The notes: generated by a model not told the origin, from the letters alone. Counted from the first letter of the whole stretch, positions 25,875-40,447 are shown. The stretch: 63,834 nucleotides of DNA, filler included, from Octopus bimaculoides (GCF_001194135.2; 8 parts of 8 records of this genome joined end to end with filler, not necessarily neighbours in it); one strand, 5' to 3'. Translations and numbers: made by a program.

Positions 25875-27822
25875 TGTGTGTGTGTGTAAACCTATATGAG
25901 CAAAAAGAAATACCTTAGCGTCAATGAGCACCATAGACAAATATATGTACATCAAATACTATACAACATAAATTCTCAATTTATTAAAATTATTTCCGCC
26001 TCTAGAGGATGTATCCTAAATGCCAAACGGCAATTAAGATCAACTCTACTCAACTGGACAAGGGCAGATTATCTCAAGATTCAAGAAATTTTCCACACCT
26101 GACTGGCCATTAAAGAAAGCAACATAATTATTGTCTATATAATTAACATCATGAAACATTCATTATGAAACATTATAAAAATACGCCTAGCTCTGTATTG
26201 AAGTGAAAGTAAATATTTCCGAGTATTTTACTGTGGTCGTAGGAAACTAGACACACCCTACATCGGCCAAAGTTCCTTTCAAATATTCTGAGGCAAGTGG
26301 AAACCTCGTTCACCTGGAGGCGGGAAAGGCTGGGGTGGTTGTCCTTTTAGGAGCAGAAAGATTACTTACTCTCCAATTCTTCCTATTAAGAAATATTTCA
26401 TTTGGTAACATATTTGAGACACGCTAAATGGATGAGTCATTTTCAACATTTTCTGGTTGGCAAGAGAATCAAAACGAAATTTGCTATTGTTATTGATGTT
26501 GTTGTTGTTATTGCTATCGTTACTGAGTTTTTGTTTGGATTTTGGCTGATCTTATATGTGCTATGGAGCGAGATAATTCAGTTTCTTCCTGTATATATTT
26601 TTTAAAATACAAACACTTGTTTGTTATCGTTTGTTGTAATTTCTGGAGGCGTGTACATTGTTTGTTTTAAACTCCTGACATTAGAAAAGTATTTGTTTGA
26701 TAAATTAATGTCTGTTTTTTGTTCTTACAAACGGGGTAAAATGCAAATGATAATATGGGCCTGGCGAACGGTGAACTCAGTTCAATCACTCAAATAATTC
26801 GTTCTGTACATATAATCCGAAACGTAGCATATCTTGCCAAGACAAGAAACCGAAACAAGAACAATAAAAACAAGAACAATGACAACAAGGACAATAATAA
26901 TAATATTATTATCTCTGATTTCGGCACAAGGCCAGCAGATTTGATGGCTGGTAATTAGTCACTACCTCATTCCTTGACTGTTTCTTTCTTTTATTTATTA
27001 TTATTTTTTTTTGTATTTTATCGACAGCGGAGGATTGAAAGACAAAATAGATTGCAGCGGGATTTGGAGTCAGAACGTTAAAAATCAAAACAAATATAGT
27101 ATGAATTTGTGGTGGTGGTGGTCGTCGTGGGGAGACTAAAATGGAACAGTCTTTTCCCAGAGGTAAAGAATGACTTTGTATAGGATCAACACCCTACCTA
27201 CAAGAGAACAGAAAATTTACGGAATCATCAATGATAATTCAAAGTAAAAAAAAGACCTGGGAGAGGAAGACCTTACCTCATAGGAACATAAAAAGAGAAA
27301 CCTTAGAAAAAGGCAAGGTCGAGAGCAGTGGAGAAAAGTCATGCATGGTCGATGTCCCATGATGAAGGCATGTCCGAAAGAGAAAAAAATCATCTGTCCT
27401 CAGTTATGTTAATCGAATTCACTATACGACCTCTTTCACCATAACCAACAGACAGTAGGAGTTTGCTCTTCCAGGACAAAGTAAGGCGTTGGGGCGACAT
27501 TCATGATGGACTCGGCTGAGAGCCGGGTCTACACAACACACAGTATAGTTGTTCGACATACCTCCACAGAGAAGCAATACCCAGATATTGAATGAATGCA
27601 AGGAAAACGGTTTCGTCGTTCTGCGCGCATCTCAGAAAGCCCCCAACTAACGCCACCACAATCATTTATACCACTCTGCCATTGTTGTTGTTGTTGTTGT
27701 GTTAATCGCAGGTCAGCCCTGATGGAACGCCTCATACTCAACGGTATTTCCATAATCATTGAACGGAAACATATTAAACACAACCATTAAATGCGATGGT
27801 GTTGCTATAACCACTGAACAGG

Positions 27823-27852
27823 TTAGGGTTAGGGTTAGGGTTAGGGTTAGGT
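27823..27852 (+). repeat. Short interstitial (TTAGGG)4-5 tract
   Basis: Four perfect TTAGGG units plus TTAGGT. Confidence 0.9.
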
Positions 27853-28206
27853 TTAGAGCAACCAATAATGCTCTCTTTTCTAAAAAAATTGGGGTGTCAT
27901 TTCGTGGTAGATTCGGCGGGTATTACTTTCAGATGAATTAAGCGGCAAAGAGATCTTCGAAATAAAAGTTTCTTTCGTTTAAATATCAGTATATTTAAAA
28001 AGTTTTTAAAAAACATCAAAAAAAAAAAAAAAAAAAGCTGCAAAGTACTTTGTTGCTTCATTGCTTTGACCCGTTCCTAAATCTAGATCAGTAGATTTGG
28101 CACAAATCTAGAAAAAAGAATGATCTCAACACTAGAATCAAACCACTTCAGCAACAAATTTATGTTTGTTTTAATGATTCGGTAACTTCCACTTTCTATC
28201 TGTTAT

Positions 28207-28320
28207 AATGATGATGATGATGATGATGGAGGTGGTGGTGGTGGTGGTTTTGGTCGTGGCGGTGTTGACGACGAGGACGATGATGGTGGTAGTGCTAGTG
28301 GTCGTAATGATAACGATGTC

Positions 28321-28400
<80 letters not shown>

Positions 28401-28420
28401 CGACGACGATGATAATGATG
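28207..28420 (+). repeat. (GAT)n/(GGT)n compound microsatellite
   Basis: Direct observation; source of the poly-M, poly-I and poly-S ORFs. Confidence 0.95.
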
Positions 28421-28545
28421 ACCCACACGTCACTGATTTACTGTTTTCCTTCATTTAGACTGGCGGTCAGCCAATGTCAATGAACCCATTGTACAAACAT
28501 TAGAATTTCAAACAATAAATAAGTAATGTTTCTCTCCGTACAAAC

Positions 28546-28598
28546 GTACGTACGTACGTATTCATGTATGTATGTACGTATGTATGTATGTATGTATG

Positions 28599-28629
<31 letters not shown>

Positions 28630-28702
28630 TTATGTATGTATGTATGTATATGAGCATGTATGTATGTTTGTATGTGTGTATGCATGTGTGTATGTATGTA
28701 TG

Positions 28703-28736
<34 letters not shown>

Positions 28737-28945
28737 TGTACGTGTGCATTTTTGTATGCTCGCATGCATATCCGTATGTCAGTACATGTCCGTTTGAACA
28801 CAAGCATGTACGGATGTAGGCTTGTGATGGTGTGTGTGTGTGTCTGCCTGTCTGTCTGTCTGCCTGTCTGTCTGTCTGCCTGTCTGTCTGTCTGCCTGTA
28901 TGCCTGCCTGTATGTTTGTATGTGTGCATGTATGTATGTAAGTAT
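28546..28945 (+). repeat. (TATG)n and (TCTG)n tetranucleotide microsatellites
   Basis: Direct observation. Confidence 0.95.
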
Positions 28946-29046
28946 GTGGGTGTATCTGTTATAATATACAGATTTGGTTATCCACAAATGAAAAGAGACA
29001 TGCCTAAATTTATATACACACACATGCATACACACATATATGTATG

Positions 29047-29092
<46 letters not shown>

Positions 29093-29192
29093 NNNNNNNN
29101 NNNNNNNNNNNNNNNNNNNNNNNNNNNNNNNNNNNNTTAATTAATTAANNNNNNNNNNNNNNNNNNNNNNNNNNNNNNNNNNNNNNNNNNNN
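29093..29192. other. Artificial join: N44-TTAATTAATTAA-N44
   Basis: Same spacer. Confidence 0.97.
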
Positions 29193-29289
29193 CATCGATT
29201 GACAACCGATGTTGGTGTGTTTACGCCCATTTTAGTAAGATAGCAAATCTGCCCATCTGCGATGGGAAATAAAGGAATAGTATTGCAAA

Positions 29290-29590
29290 CCTAAACCCTC
29301 TAAATTGACGAATTATACGGGTGGGGGTGGGGAGAGATCCAGAGTTAATTCTCGTCGCCAGAATTTTAACAAAAAAAAAATCAAAGGTCATTTATCAATA
29401 CAAAGCTCAATATCCACTAAATAATCATACTTTTTCCCTTTTTTTTCTTTTTTTTTTTCGCTAAAACCCTTCTTGATTATCTCCTTCGTAATCCCCAAAA
29501 ACATTGTGACCATTGATCCAGCCGTTTGACCTTGAAGAGGGAACAGACAGACGGACACACAGACGGACATAGTCTGTTATTGTATGATTA
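29290..29590 (+). mobile_element. Possible Helentron/HINE (DINE-like) non-autonomous element
   Basis: GATCCAGCCGTTTGACC...ACAGACAGACGGACACACAGACGGAC followed by a T-rich end is typical of DINE/HINE 3' parts (from recall). Confidence 0.4.
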
Positions 29591-30427
29591 TGCAAAACCG
29601 GTACTTATTCTAACGGTCTCTTAACCAAACAGTTAAAGCTGCACCTTTGGGGAAATCAAAAGTGTTGAAAATTGTCGGGGAACAAAGAAATCCGAAGAAA
29701 CTTTTGAAAGAAGAAGTGGCGTGGTTGCATAACCGACACGTCTACCAATATTTTTATAATCAAGTCAGAATAACAATACGTTCCCGAGTAAAAAGGTTTT
29801 CTGTTACATAACACCATAACAAATCTATTACAGCTGTAGACTTGATTGAGGGCGCCATAGCACAAAATATACAACCATATATTTTCTTAACTGTCCTCTA
29901 TGCCTCTACGTCTGTCATTGGCGACATCATATCATATATATATATTTATGTATGTATTATAAAGGTGTGTATGTGTATATGTCTTCGTGTATACATAAGG
30001 TTTGGTGAGTAGCTGGAAGTGCATTCGTCTTCAATTAGATCGAATGAGAAATCCGAAAGCAGATATTTTAAATGATTATAAAACCTGTATAAACAACTAG
30101 CCTCACATGCTATCTTACACATACACACATACAAACATGCACACACGTACACACACAAGTACACATATATATGTGGAAGTATGTGTGTCCATATATTCAT
30201 GCTATAAACATTTCTAATTATATGTGTTAGTGTTTATATGTGTTTATGTGTGTGTGCATGCGCGTGCGTATATATATAGATCTGTATATATGTTTATATA
30301 CAGATAGATAGATACATAAATATTTAGATATAGATATGAGAGAGTGAGAGAGAATGAAATATATAAATCTATAGATGTACACACACACACATACATACAT
30401 ATATGATATATAATTATGTATATAAAA

Positions 30428-30470
<43 letters not shown>

Positions 30471-31539
30471 NNNNNNNNNNNNNNNNNNNNNNNNNNNNNN
30501 NNNNNNNNNNNNNNNNNNNNNNNNNNNNNNNNNNNNNNNNNNNNNNNNNNNNNNNNNNNNNNNNNNNNNNNNNNNNNNNNNNNNNNNNNNNNNNNNNNNN
30601 NNNNNNNNNNNNNNNNNNNNNNNNNNNNNNNNNNNNNNNNNNNNNNNNNNNNNNNNNNNNNNNNNNNNNNNNNNNNNNNNNNNNNNNNNNNNNNNNNNNN
30701 NNNNNNNNNNNNNNNNNNNNNNNNNNNNNNNNNNNNNNNNNNNNNNNNNNNNNNNNNNNNNNNNNNNNNNNNNNNNNNNNNNNNNNNNNNNNNNNNNNNN
30801 NNNNNNNNNNNNNNNNNNNNNNNNNNNNNNNNNNNNNNNNNNNNNNNNNNNNNNNNNNNNNNNNNNNNNNNNNNNNNNNNNNNNNNNNNNNNNNNNNNNN
30901 NNNNNNNNNNNNNNNNNNNNNNNNNNNNNNNNNNNNNNNNNNNNNNNNNNNNNNNNNATAGACTGTCCTTTAAAATAAATAATATTATACAACGTTGTTG
31001 GAAGCAAGTTTCATTTCAATAAAGCGAAACTTCCAGGACGACTACGCTTTTGGTAACTTTGGGGTCGGCACTTAATGGTAAACATTGCCATAATTGATAC
31101 GTTGAAATTTCTGTGTTAGATATGCATTATAGTAAGTCCATCTTCGAATTACATATGTGGAGGGTGTGGTGGTGGCAGTGGTTATTTTTGTTGTCTCTGG
31201 AGGTGGTGGTGGTGAAGGTGGTTTCGTGGTGATGACGGTGTGGGCGGTGATAGTGATGGTAGTGATGGTGCTGATGGTAGTGATGATGGTGATGGTAGTG
31301 GTGGTTACGGTAGTGGGTGTATTCGTGGCACTCCGTCGGTTACGACGACGAGAGTTCCAGTTGCGATCTTTCTTTTGACTCTAGATTTCCAAATGTGCTT
31401 TGAAGGAGTTGTGTTATTTTCCAGTTGACGATTACGAATGATGTGTTGGTGGTACAGGTGACTTTTAAAGGTAAAGCGCGGTAAAGCGCTCCGTAATTTC
31501 TACGTAGCTCGTCGATGTGTTGCTAATACACACGCATAT

Positions 31540-31572
<33 letters not shown>

Positions 31573-32117
31573 TGTGTGTGTGGATGCGTACTACAGAGAA
31601 AGAAAGAGATTGAAGAGGCAAAAGTACATATCCAATTAAGTATGTGCATGCGTATCAATTTATGTATGTATATATATGTGTGTGTGTGTATGTATGTGTG
31701 TGTAATATATATGTACATGTATGCATCTACGTATACATATAGATAGATAAATAGATAGATATGAACACAGACACGTGTGTATGTATGTATGTATGTATAT
31801 AATATAGTATGGTCTTTGATCCTTTACTTACAGTTATCGGTGAACCGTGCCCTCCACGACATTGCTTTAGGTTCTCAGTTGGAAAGATTTACTTTGTATT
31901 CAGAGATATAGATATAAATGTACAGAGATATTGATACATAGATGTAAATTGAAGTTCCACATGGCATGGACAGGGCGAAACGAGGCAGATAGATATGATT
32001 ATTGAGTTAGTAGACTCTCTGCCATTGCTGTTGTGTGAGCATATATATATATATGTGTATATGTAGCTATGTACGTAAAGATGGATGAATAGACATATGT
32101 GTGTGCGCGTGCGTGTG

Positions 32118-32159
<42 letters not shown>

Positions 32160-32198
32160 GAATAGATCTATAGATAGAGAGATGAATAAATGGATGGC

Positions 32199-32274
<76 letters not shown>

Positions 32275-32400
32275 CATGCATGAACACTCATGTGTGTGTA
32301 TGTGTGTGTGTGTAAATAATTGCGCGCGCGTGTGTGTATCTTTCTTTTTAGTTTCGGCCCAAAGCTGTGGCCATGCTGGGGCATATATATAATGAGTGTT

Positions 32401-32462
<62 letters not shown>

Positions 32463-32946
32463 CATAAATATATATATTATCTTCTATTTGTTTTAGTCAT
32501 TGAACTGCGGCCATGCTAGAGCATGTACATCTGTCTGTATGTATGTATGTATGTATGTATGTATGTAGCATTGGGCAGTCTATCCACTTCAAACCGAAAC
32601 AATTATTAATTATCTACACACATACATTAACCCTCTTCAACCTTTAAAACAAACACACGTGCGCACGTATACACGCAATATAGGGTGTCTGCTTATTATA
32701 AGCGTCTATTTGAATGTGTATAACAGAGGAAGAAGAAGAAATGAAAGAGAAGCTAGGCTAGATAAATAAATAGGATAAATTTAACAACAACGGGCTGGGT
32801 GGCGGTGAATATGTATGCGTAATACATACATACACACATACATACATACACACATACATACATACATACAGACAGACAGAAAGATATGCGCGCACATACA
32901 CACACACATACACCCGTATATATATATATAATAAAAAGAACTTAAA

Positions 32947-32992
<46 letters not shown>

Positions 32993-33637
32993 GTATTATG
33001 CATGTATGTATGTACGTATTATGCATGTATGTATATATATATATATGTATACACACAGGCGCGCGCTCACGTACATACATATATGTATATATGTATGCAT
33101 GTATGTGTGCGTGTGTGTGTGTGTGTCTGTCTTAATGAATGACAAAAGATCAGGAATTATGTAATCATTCTCATTAACCTATTTCGTTTGTTTGTTTTTT
33201 GTTTTTTTTGTTTTTTTTGATTTTTTTTTTTTTTTNNNNNNNNNNNNNNNNNNNNNNNNNNNNNNNNNNNNNNNNNNNNNNNNNNNNNNNNNNNNNNNNN
33301 NNNNNNNNNNNNNNNNNNNNNNNNNNNNNNNNNNNNNNNNNNNNNNNNNNNNNNNNNNNNNNNNNNNNNNNNNNNNNNNNNNNNNNNNNNNNNNNNNNNN
33401 NNNNNNNNNNNNNNNNNNNNNNNNNNNNNNNNNNNNNNNNNNNNNNNNNNNNNNNNNNNNNNNNNNNNNNNNNNNNNNNNNNNNNNNNNNNNNNNNNNNN
33501 NNNNNNNNNNNNNNNNNNNNNNNNNNNNNNNNNNNNNNNNNNNNNNNNNNNNNNNNNNNNNNNNNNNNNNNNNNNNNNNNNNNNNNNNNNNNNNNNNNNN
33601 NNNNNNNNNNNNNNNNNNNNNNNNNNNNNNNNNNNNN

Positions 33638-33976
33638 ACTGCGTAGCACCTTGGGCAAGTGTCTTCTACTATAGCCTCGGGCCGACCAAAGCCTTATGAA
33701 TGGATTTGGTAGACGGAAACTGAAAGAAGCCCATCGTATATATGTATATATATGTTTCTGTGTGTCTGTGTTTGTTCCCCCAACATCGCTTGACAACCGA
33801 TGCTGGTGTGTTTACGTCTCCGTAACTTAGCGGTTCGGCAAAACAGACCGATAGAATAAGTACTAGGCTTACAAAGAATAAGTCCTGGGGTCGACTTGCT
33901 CGACTAAAAGGTGGTGCTCCAGCATGGCCACAGTCAAATGACTGAAACAAGTAAAATAGTAAAAGAGTAAAAGAGT
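33638..33976 (+). mobile_element. CORE-type SINE (OR-like)
   Basis: Near full-length copy with an (AGTAAAAG)n tail. Confidence 0.85.
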
Positions 33977-34182
33977 TGATGTGCTATTATTGGCAAAAGA
34001 ACTTCTGCAAAAATAACCCCATACCTGCTTTAATACCTACATACAAAAGCTGACTGAAGTCTAGCTGTCTAAAGATTTACATACACCAAGAGTTGCTTTT
34101 ATCTGCTCTCGTTTCTTTGCTTTCTTGATGTTTCTGATATCCACACTAACTCATCTGAACTTGTTTATCCTTTTGTTTACAA

Positions 34183-34438
34183 CAGTGGTCCTCCGCCATT
34201 TTTTGTCTATGGATCTTTTAGTTTGATATTTTACTCCACTGGACCTCCATAGCCATTCAAAGTATATTAAAAAGAAATTTCCTACTGTATTTTCATAATT
34301 TAATATTCTTAAAAACTGTATAGAAAAATTACATTTCACGTATTGTAGAACAATAAGCAATTTATTGCACATAAATTTTAATACCAAAATTTCATATTGA
34401 CCCCCAAGGGCCATATGGACCCGAGTTGAGAACCACTG
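34183..34438. mobile_element. hAT (Charlie-like) MITE, 256 bp
   Basis: Left CAGTGGTCCTC, right GAGAACCACTG, 8-bp TSD GTTTACAA/ATTTACAA (7 of 8 match). Confidence 0.8.
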
Positions 34439-36242
34439 ATTTACAAAGTAGCAAATTGTGACACACCTATGAGATAAATATTTATTGATTTATTTACTGC
34501 TTTTTTTTTTTACTTTTTGTTTTCTTGAACTACAGGGAGTACTTGAGATAATTCCCTTTACGGCCTGCCACATCTAAATGTCTTCCCTGTTTCCTACAGG
34601 TGAGAAGAAGATTCACCTGCTGCTAGGTCTTGTTAATTTAATTACAATTGCTGAAAGTAGAGCTTCTGTCTACTTCTATTTTTATTCCTCTTCCTCTCAC
34701 CCCACTCATCTCCGTTCTTTGTTCAGGGATTAGCTGGTGGTCATCAAAGGTCAAGTGTTGTTCATCTGATATCCGGACACGGATCTTTCACGATCTTTCA
34801 CACCACCATCTTAACAGTCTACCCCTTAAGCGCAGGCATGTCCTTCGACTAAGAAATTTGCTCCCCTACCACATGGTTCCGGGTTCAGTCCTTGGGCAAG
34901 TGTCTTCTGCAATGGCTCCGGACTGACCAAAGCCTTGTGAGTGGATTTGGTAGACGGAAATTGAAAGAAGCCTGTCATGTATATATACACATACGTGTGT
35001 GTGTGTGTGTGTATTTATGTTTGGTTTTCTCCACGTGACAACCGGTGTAGGTTTGGTCCCGACTACCAGATGCAGTCTAAAGCTACATCCAGGACAGAGA
35101 GATCGTATAGAAGAAAGCGAATTAGTTGCGGCCAACACTACGTCTATCTTCACCACGACCACCACCAATAACAACAACAACACCCGCAAACCGCCACCGC
35201 GTCCGCTACCGCAAACGCCACCACTGCCACCACCACGGATGAACTCCCACCACCACAACAGATGCCACCCCTCACCACCGACCGATACTTCATGCTATTT
35301 GACTTTGAGACGTATATAATATTGGCGTCGCCATCCACCATATTTCAATTACAAATATGAATATAAATAAGTAAATATATCACTCTTGTTTAATTCTTAA
35401 TATAAATAAGTATAGAATTATTATAAACATAATAATAAATATAAACATACACTAATCTACTTCCAAGTTTACATTAATCCCCCAAACAAATTCAATTTTG
35501 CATTAATCATATCTTGAGTATGAATGTATACATACATAGACATTTATACATACATATATATATACATACATATATATATAGATATACATATATGCATATA
35601 TATATATATACATACAAACATACACACACATATATATACATATATGTATATNNNNNNNNNNNNNNNNNNNNNNNNNNNNNNNNNNNNNNNNNNNNNNNNN
35701 NNNNNNNNNNNNNNNNNNNNNNNNNNNNNNNNNNNNNNNNNNNNNNNNNNNNNNNNNNNNNNNNNNNNNNNNNNNNNNNNNNNNNNNNNNNNNNNNNNNN
35801 NNNNNNNNNNNNNNNNNNNNNNNNNNNNNNNNNNNNNNNNNNNNNNNNNNNNNNNNNNNNNNNNNNNNNNNNNNNNNNNNNNNNNNNNNNNNNNNNCTTG
35901 AGTATGAATGTATACATACATAGACATTTATACATACATATATATATATACATACATATATATACATATATACACACACATACATACAAAGACAGAGAGA
36001 TTAGCTAGTGGAGAAATATATGTAATTTTAGGTTAATTATATATTATATGTGCGTGTAAATAAACGCACGCACGCACGCCCAAACGCACACACACACACA
36101 CAGACACACATATACTTAGAGAGTGAGAGAGTGTATATTCAACCTACACCGATAGTTACGTGGAGGACAAACACAAAGACAAAGACACACCCACACATAC
36201 ACACACACAAATATATCTATGTGGTTATATGAATTCATTTTT

Positions 36243-36600
36243 TTATTCTTTTACTTGTTTCACTCATTTCAATGCGGCTATGCTGGAGCACCGCCTTTAG
36301 TCGAGCAAATTGACTCCAGGACTTATTATTTGCCGAACCGCTCGATTACAGGACGTAAACACACCAGCATCGGTTATCAAGCGATGTTGGGGGCACAAAC
36401 ACTGACACACAAACACATATCTATATATATATATACATATATACGACAGGCTTCTTTCAGTTTCCGTCTACCAAATCCACTCAGAAGGCTTTGGTCGGCT
36501 CGAGGCTATAGTAGAAGACACTTGCCCAAGGTGCCACGCAGTGGGACTGAACCTGGAACCATGTAGTTGGTAAGCAAGCTACTTACCACACAGCCACTCC
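36243..36600 (-). mobile_element. CORE-type SINE (OR-like)
   Basis: Full head to tail, with a small internal deletion. Confidence 0.85.
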
Positions 36601-36950
36601 TAACACTTCTCACGCTGTATTGCGTGTTCGCTTTTGATCTTCTATCTAAATGAAGATTTTTCCTTCGTTTTGCTGCTTTTCTTTCTACAAAATGAGAAGA
36701 TACATTGCGAAACTGTTATTTTAACGTGTTTATATCTATGTATCACCCGATGAGACACATCTACACCGCCAGATGCTCCTCAACCAGTCGTTGAGTGCCC
36801 CGCTCGTGAGGAACTGATGCTAAATGTATCGAAACAATTGTCATGATTAATGATAAATTCTCGTATGTTCCATCTTCTGTCTTTCATTTGCNNNNNNNNN
36901 NNNNNNNNNNNNNNNNNNNNNNNNNNNNNNNNNNNNNNNNNNNNNNNNNN

Positions 36951-36991
<41 letters not shown>

Positions 36992-37182
36992 CACATATGC
37001 TTTCATTAAAACGTGTACACGAAATGACATATCAAAAGAACATAATTCTTGTACATGTATATTTGAGCCGAGATTTGCAAGTGTTTAACACACTTTAAAT
37101 TATGTTAAATGTGAAGGATTACGTCAGAGAATCATAGAAGTATTGGAATCATTCAAGTAGGGTCAATATATAATTGACACTT

Positions 37183-37242
<60 letters not shown>

Positions 37243-37470
37243 GTTATCTAAGTATTACTCTATCTCTATCTAACTTTGATGTAAATGGATATTGAAGGAT
37301 GTGACACTGACAAAAAAATTTTAAGTGAATGATAATAATAATAATAATAATAATAATAATTATAATAATAATGTATGCAGAATATTAATGTATACAGTCA
37401 GTTTCTTTGCCCTAGATGTCAGGAAGACACTTGGCAATAAATGGGAACAAAATTGAAAGAAGAAATACTC

Positions 37471-37524
<54 letters not shown>

Positions 37525-38017
37525 TGAATAAAGTAGCAGTTAATTGTTCTGTGGCTTAATTACAATGAGGCTAAGGAGACTATCGGAAACAAATGCAGAG
37601 GGTCTGACGTAAATCGCCAAGTTTCAGATGTTTTCACTTAAGAATCGTCTAAAGAACCTTTTGACTTAAGAGTTGTCTCAAGAACCTTTGGTCTTAATAA
37701 TCTTCTAAGATTTTTGAATACAATTGCATATTCTTCAGCTCATATTCGTTAAATGTCTCCCTAATAGAGTGGGGGGTGGGAATTAGAGGGTGTTTAAACT
37801 CAGACAAGATTTCTCGTCTTGTATTTACATTGTTCCAGCTTGAATCATAAATGTATGCCTGTGTGTATTTATTTACGTGTAAATATATAGATAAATAGGT
37901 AGGTAGGTAGGTAGGTAGGTAGGTAGGTAGATAGATAGATAGATAGATAAAATATACATATAGATATGTATATATATATATATATGTATATGTATATATA
38001 TATGATATACATGCAGT

Positions 38018-38065
<48 letters not shown>

Positions 38066-38377
38066 NNNNNNNNNNNNNNNNNNNNNNNNNNNNNNNNNNN
38101 NNNNNNNNNNNNNNNNNNNNNNNNNNNNNNNNNNNNNNNNNNNNNNNNNNNNNNNNNNNNNNNNNNNNNNNNNNNNNNNNNNNNNNNNNNNNNNNNNNNN
38201 NNNNNNNNNNNNNNNNNNNNNNNNNNNNNNNNNNNNNNNNNNNNNNNNNNNNNNNNNNNNNNNNNNNNNNNNNNNNNNNNNNNNNNNNNNNNNNNNNNNN
38301 NNNNNNNNNNNNNNNNNNNNNNNNNNNNNNNNNNNNNNNNNNNNNNNNNNNNNNNNNNNNNNNNNNNNNNNNNNNNN

Positions 38378-38427
<50 letters not shown>

Positions 38428-39325
38428 GACGGCCTTTTTCACAGTTTGCATCTACCAAACTTTACTCAAATTCGCTCAAAAGGCACTACTCGGTTGGGCG
38501 TTATAGGAGAAGATACTTGTCCAAGCTGCCGCGCGATGGGACTGAACCCGAAACCATCTGCTTACAAAGGTAACTTTTTAACCACACAGCCACACACACG
38601 CGCACACACACACACAGAGGCATACATGTAAATACATAGATGCTATACATAAGTGTGTGTATATGCATGTCTGTCTGTCTGTCTGTCTGTACGTGCTGAT
38701 GATAAACAGATAAACACGAAACCAACTACAGACAGTGTATGCTTTTGTTGCACAGCGTGATGCGAAGGTTACCCACTATGTCACGCATCACACAGACCCT
38801 ACACACTTGTACGCATGCACATATGCGCATGCGTACAAGTGTATGTAAGCGTACGTGTGAGCAGGGTGTATTCCTCACTTCCTTAATTACTAATTGATTG
38901 ACCATACGCAAATCCACAGTTGCCAACATTACGCTAGAACTGTCGTCGTTTTTCCTTGACTAAAGTCCAACTGATTTTTCTAATTATACAATTCCCCCAG
39001 GCTTTTATCTTCCATTTTTTTTGTGGATAAAAAAAGCGAAGAATCTGTTGAACAGTTTGTTGTTAAGCTTGTTCAATTGTCGAAATAATATAGTGAGGGG
39101 TGAAGAGAGAGGAGTGGGTGCGGTTTGGGGTGGGGGATTGAACATTAGTCTAATTGCAGTCGTTTTCTCCCCCGGGATGGGGCTGACGATCTTGCGATAA
39201 AGATAAGATAGAGTTTGTCCAGTCGTTTAATCCCTGGTGGATATTCGAAGGGATGGTTGAGCAATAAAGTCAGTGTATCTTGTCTGACATCCAACAGTGT
39301 ACTCCTCAGTCTCCGACTCCCCCCC

Positions 39326-39363
<38 letters not shown>

Positions 39364-39409
39364 TTATTTAATATGCCATAAAAGCTTTTTTTGATTCAGA
39401 ATCTTCAGC

Positions 39410-39454
39410 ATCATTATCATCATCACCATCATCGTCATCATCGTCATCATCATC

Positions 39455-39486
<32 letters not shown>

Positions 39487-39566
39487 CATCATCGTCACCA
39501 TCATCACCATCATCACCATCATCATCATCATCGTCACCATCATCATCATCATCGTCACCATCATGA
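39410..39566 (+). repeat. (CAT)n microsatellite
   Basis: Direct observation. Confidence 0.95.
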
Positions 39567-39909
39567 CTGAATGATATTGATGAGAAATGTAAACAAAAAT
39601 CTGCAATAATTACATGCTTTTAAAAATATCTTTGCAGTTTTATTTGAGAAACAAGTAATATTTCCTCTGTTTTATTACATTATGTAAAATAACAAAGGTA
39701 ATAAATATAAGCAGAGCAGTTTTTTAAAACAGTAATAATGAAAAGGTATTGCAAGGATAAGATATTGAGGTCATAAAGAAGAAGGTAGTTGTTTTTATTG
39801 AATACTCACGTTTCATTATTAAATGTTTCCATCTTAATTTAAATTTTAATTTTAATTTAGGAAAAGGTTTGAAAATACAATTCTGATACACTGAAAGCAC
39901 TCTCGTACA

Positions 39910-40009
39910 NNNNNNNNNNNNNNNNNNNNNNNNNNNNNNNNNNNNNNNNNNNNTTAATTAATTAANNNNNNNNNNNNNNNNNNNNNNNNNNNNNNNNNNN
40001 NNNNNNNNN
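39910..40009. other. Artificial join: N44-TTAATTAATTAA-N44
   Basis: Same spacer. Confidence 0.97.
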
Positions 40010-40447
40010 CTTGACAACCGATGCCGGTGTATTTACATCCCTGTAACTTAGCAGTTTGGCAAAAGAAAACGATAGAATAAGTACTAGGCTTACAAAGAAT
40101 AAGTCCCGGGGTCGATTTGCTCGACTAGAGGCGGTGCTCCAGCATGGCCGCAGTCAAATGACTGAAACAAGTAAAGGAATATATCTATATTCTTTTATTC
40201 TTTTTACTTGTTTCAGTCATTTTGACTGCAGCCATACTGGAGCACCGCCCTTAGTTAAACAAATTGACCCCAGGACTTATTCTTTATAAGCCTAGTATTT
40301 ATTCTATCATTCTCTTTTGCCAAACTGCTAAGTTACAGGGATGTAAACACACCAACATCGGTTGTTAAGCGATGGTGGTGGGGGACAAACACAGATACAT
40401 AAACACATGCACATGACAGGCTTCTTTCAGTTTCTGTCTACCAAATC
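40010..40447. mobile_element. Tail-to-tail inverted pair of OR-like SINE 3' halves
   Basis: 40010-40180 (+) and 40190-40447 (-) are mutually reverse complementary. Confidence 0.85.

Noticed and set aside
28500-29140. Cluster of 90-160 aa ORFs with YIHT/MYVC repeats
   Set aside because: Translations of (TATG)n and (TCTG)n microsatellites.
35513-35965. About 65 bp duplicated on both sides of the 35652-35896 gap
   Set aside because: Most simply an unmerged contig overlap or collapsed minisatellite at a gap.
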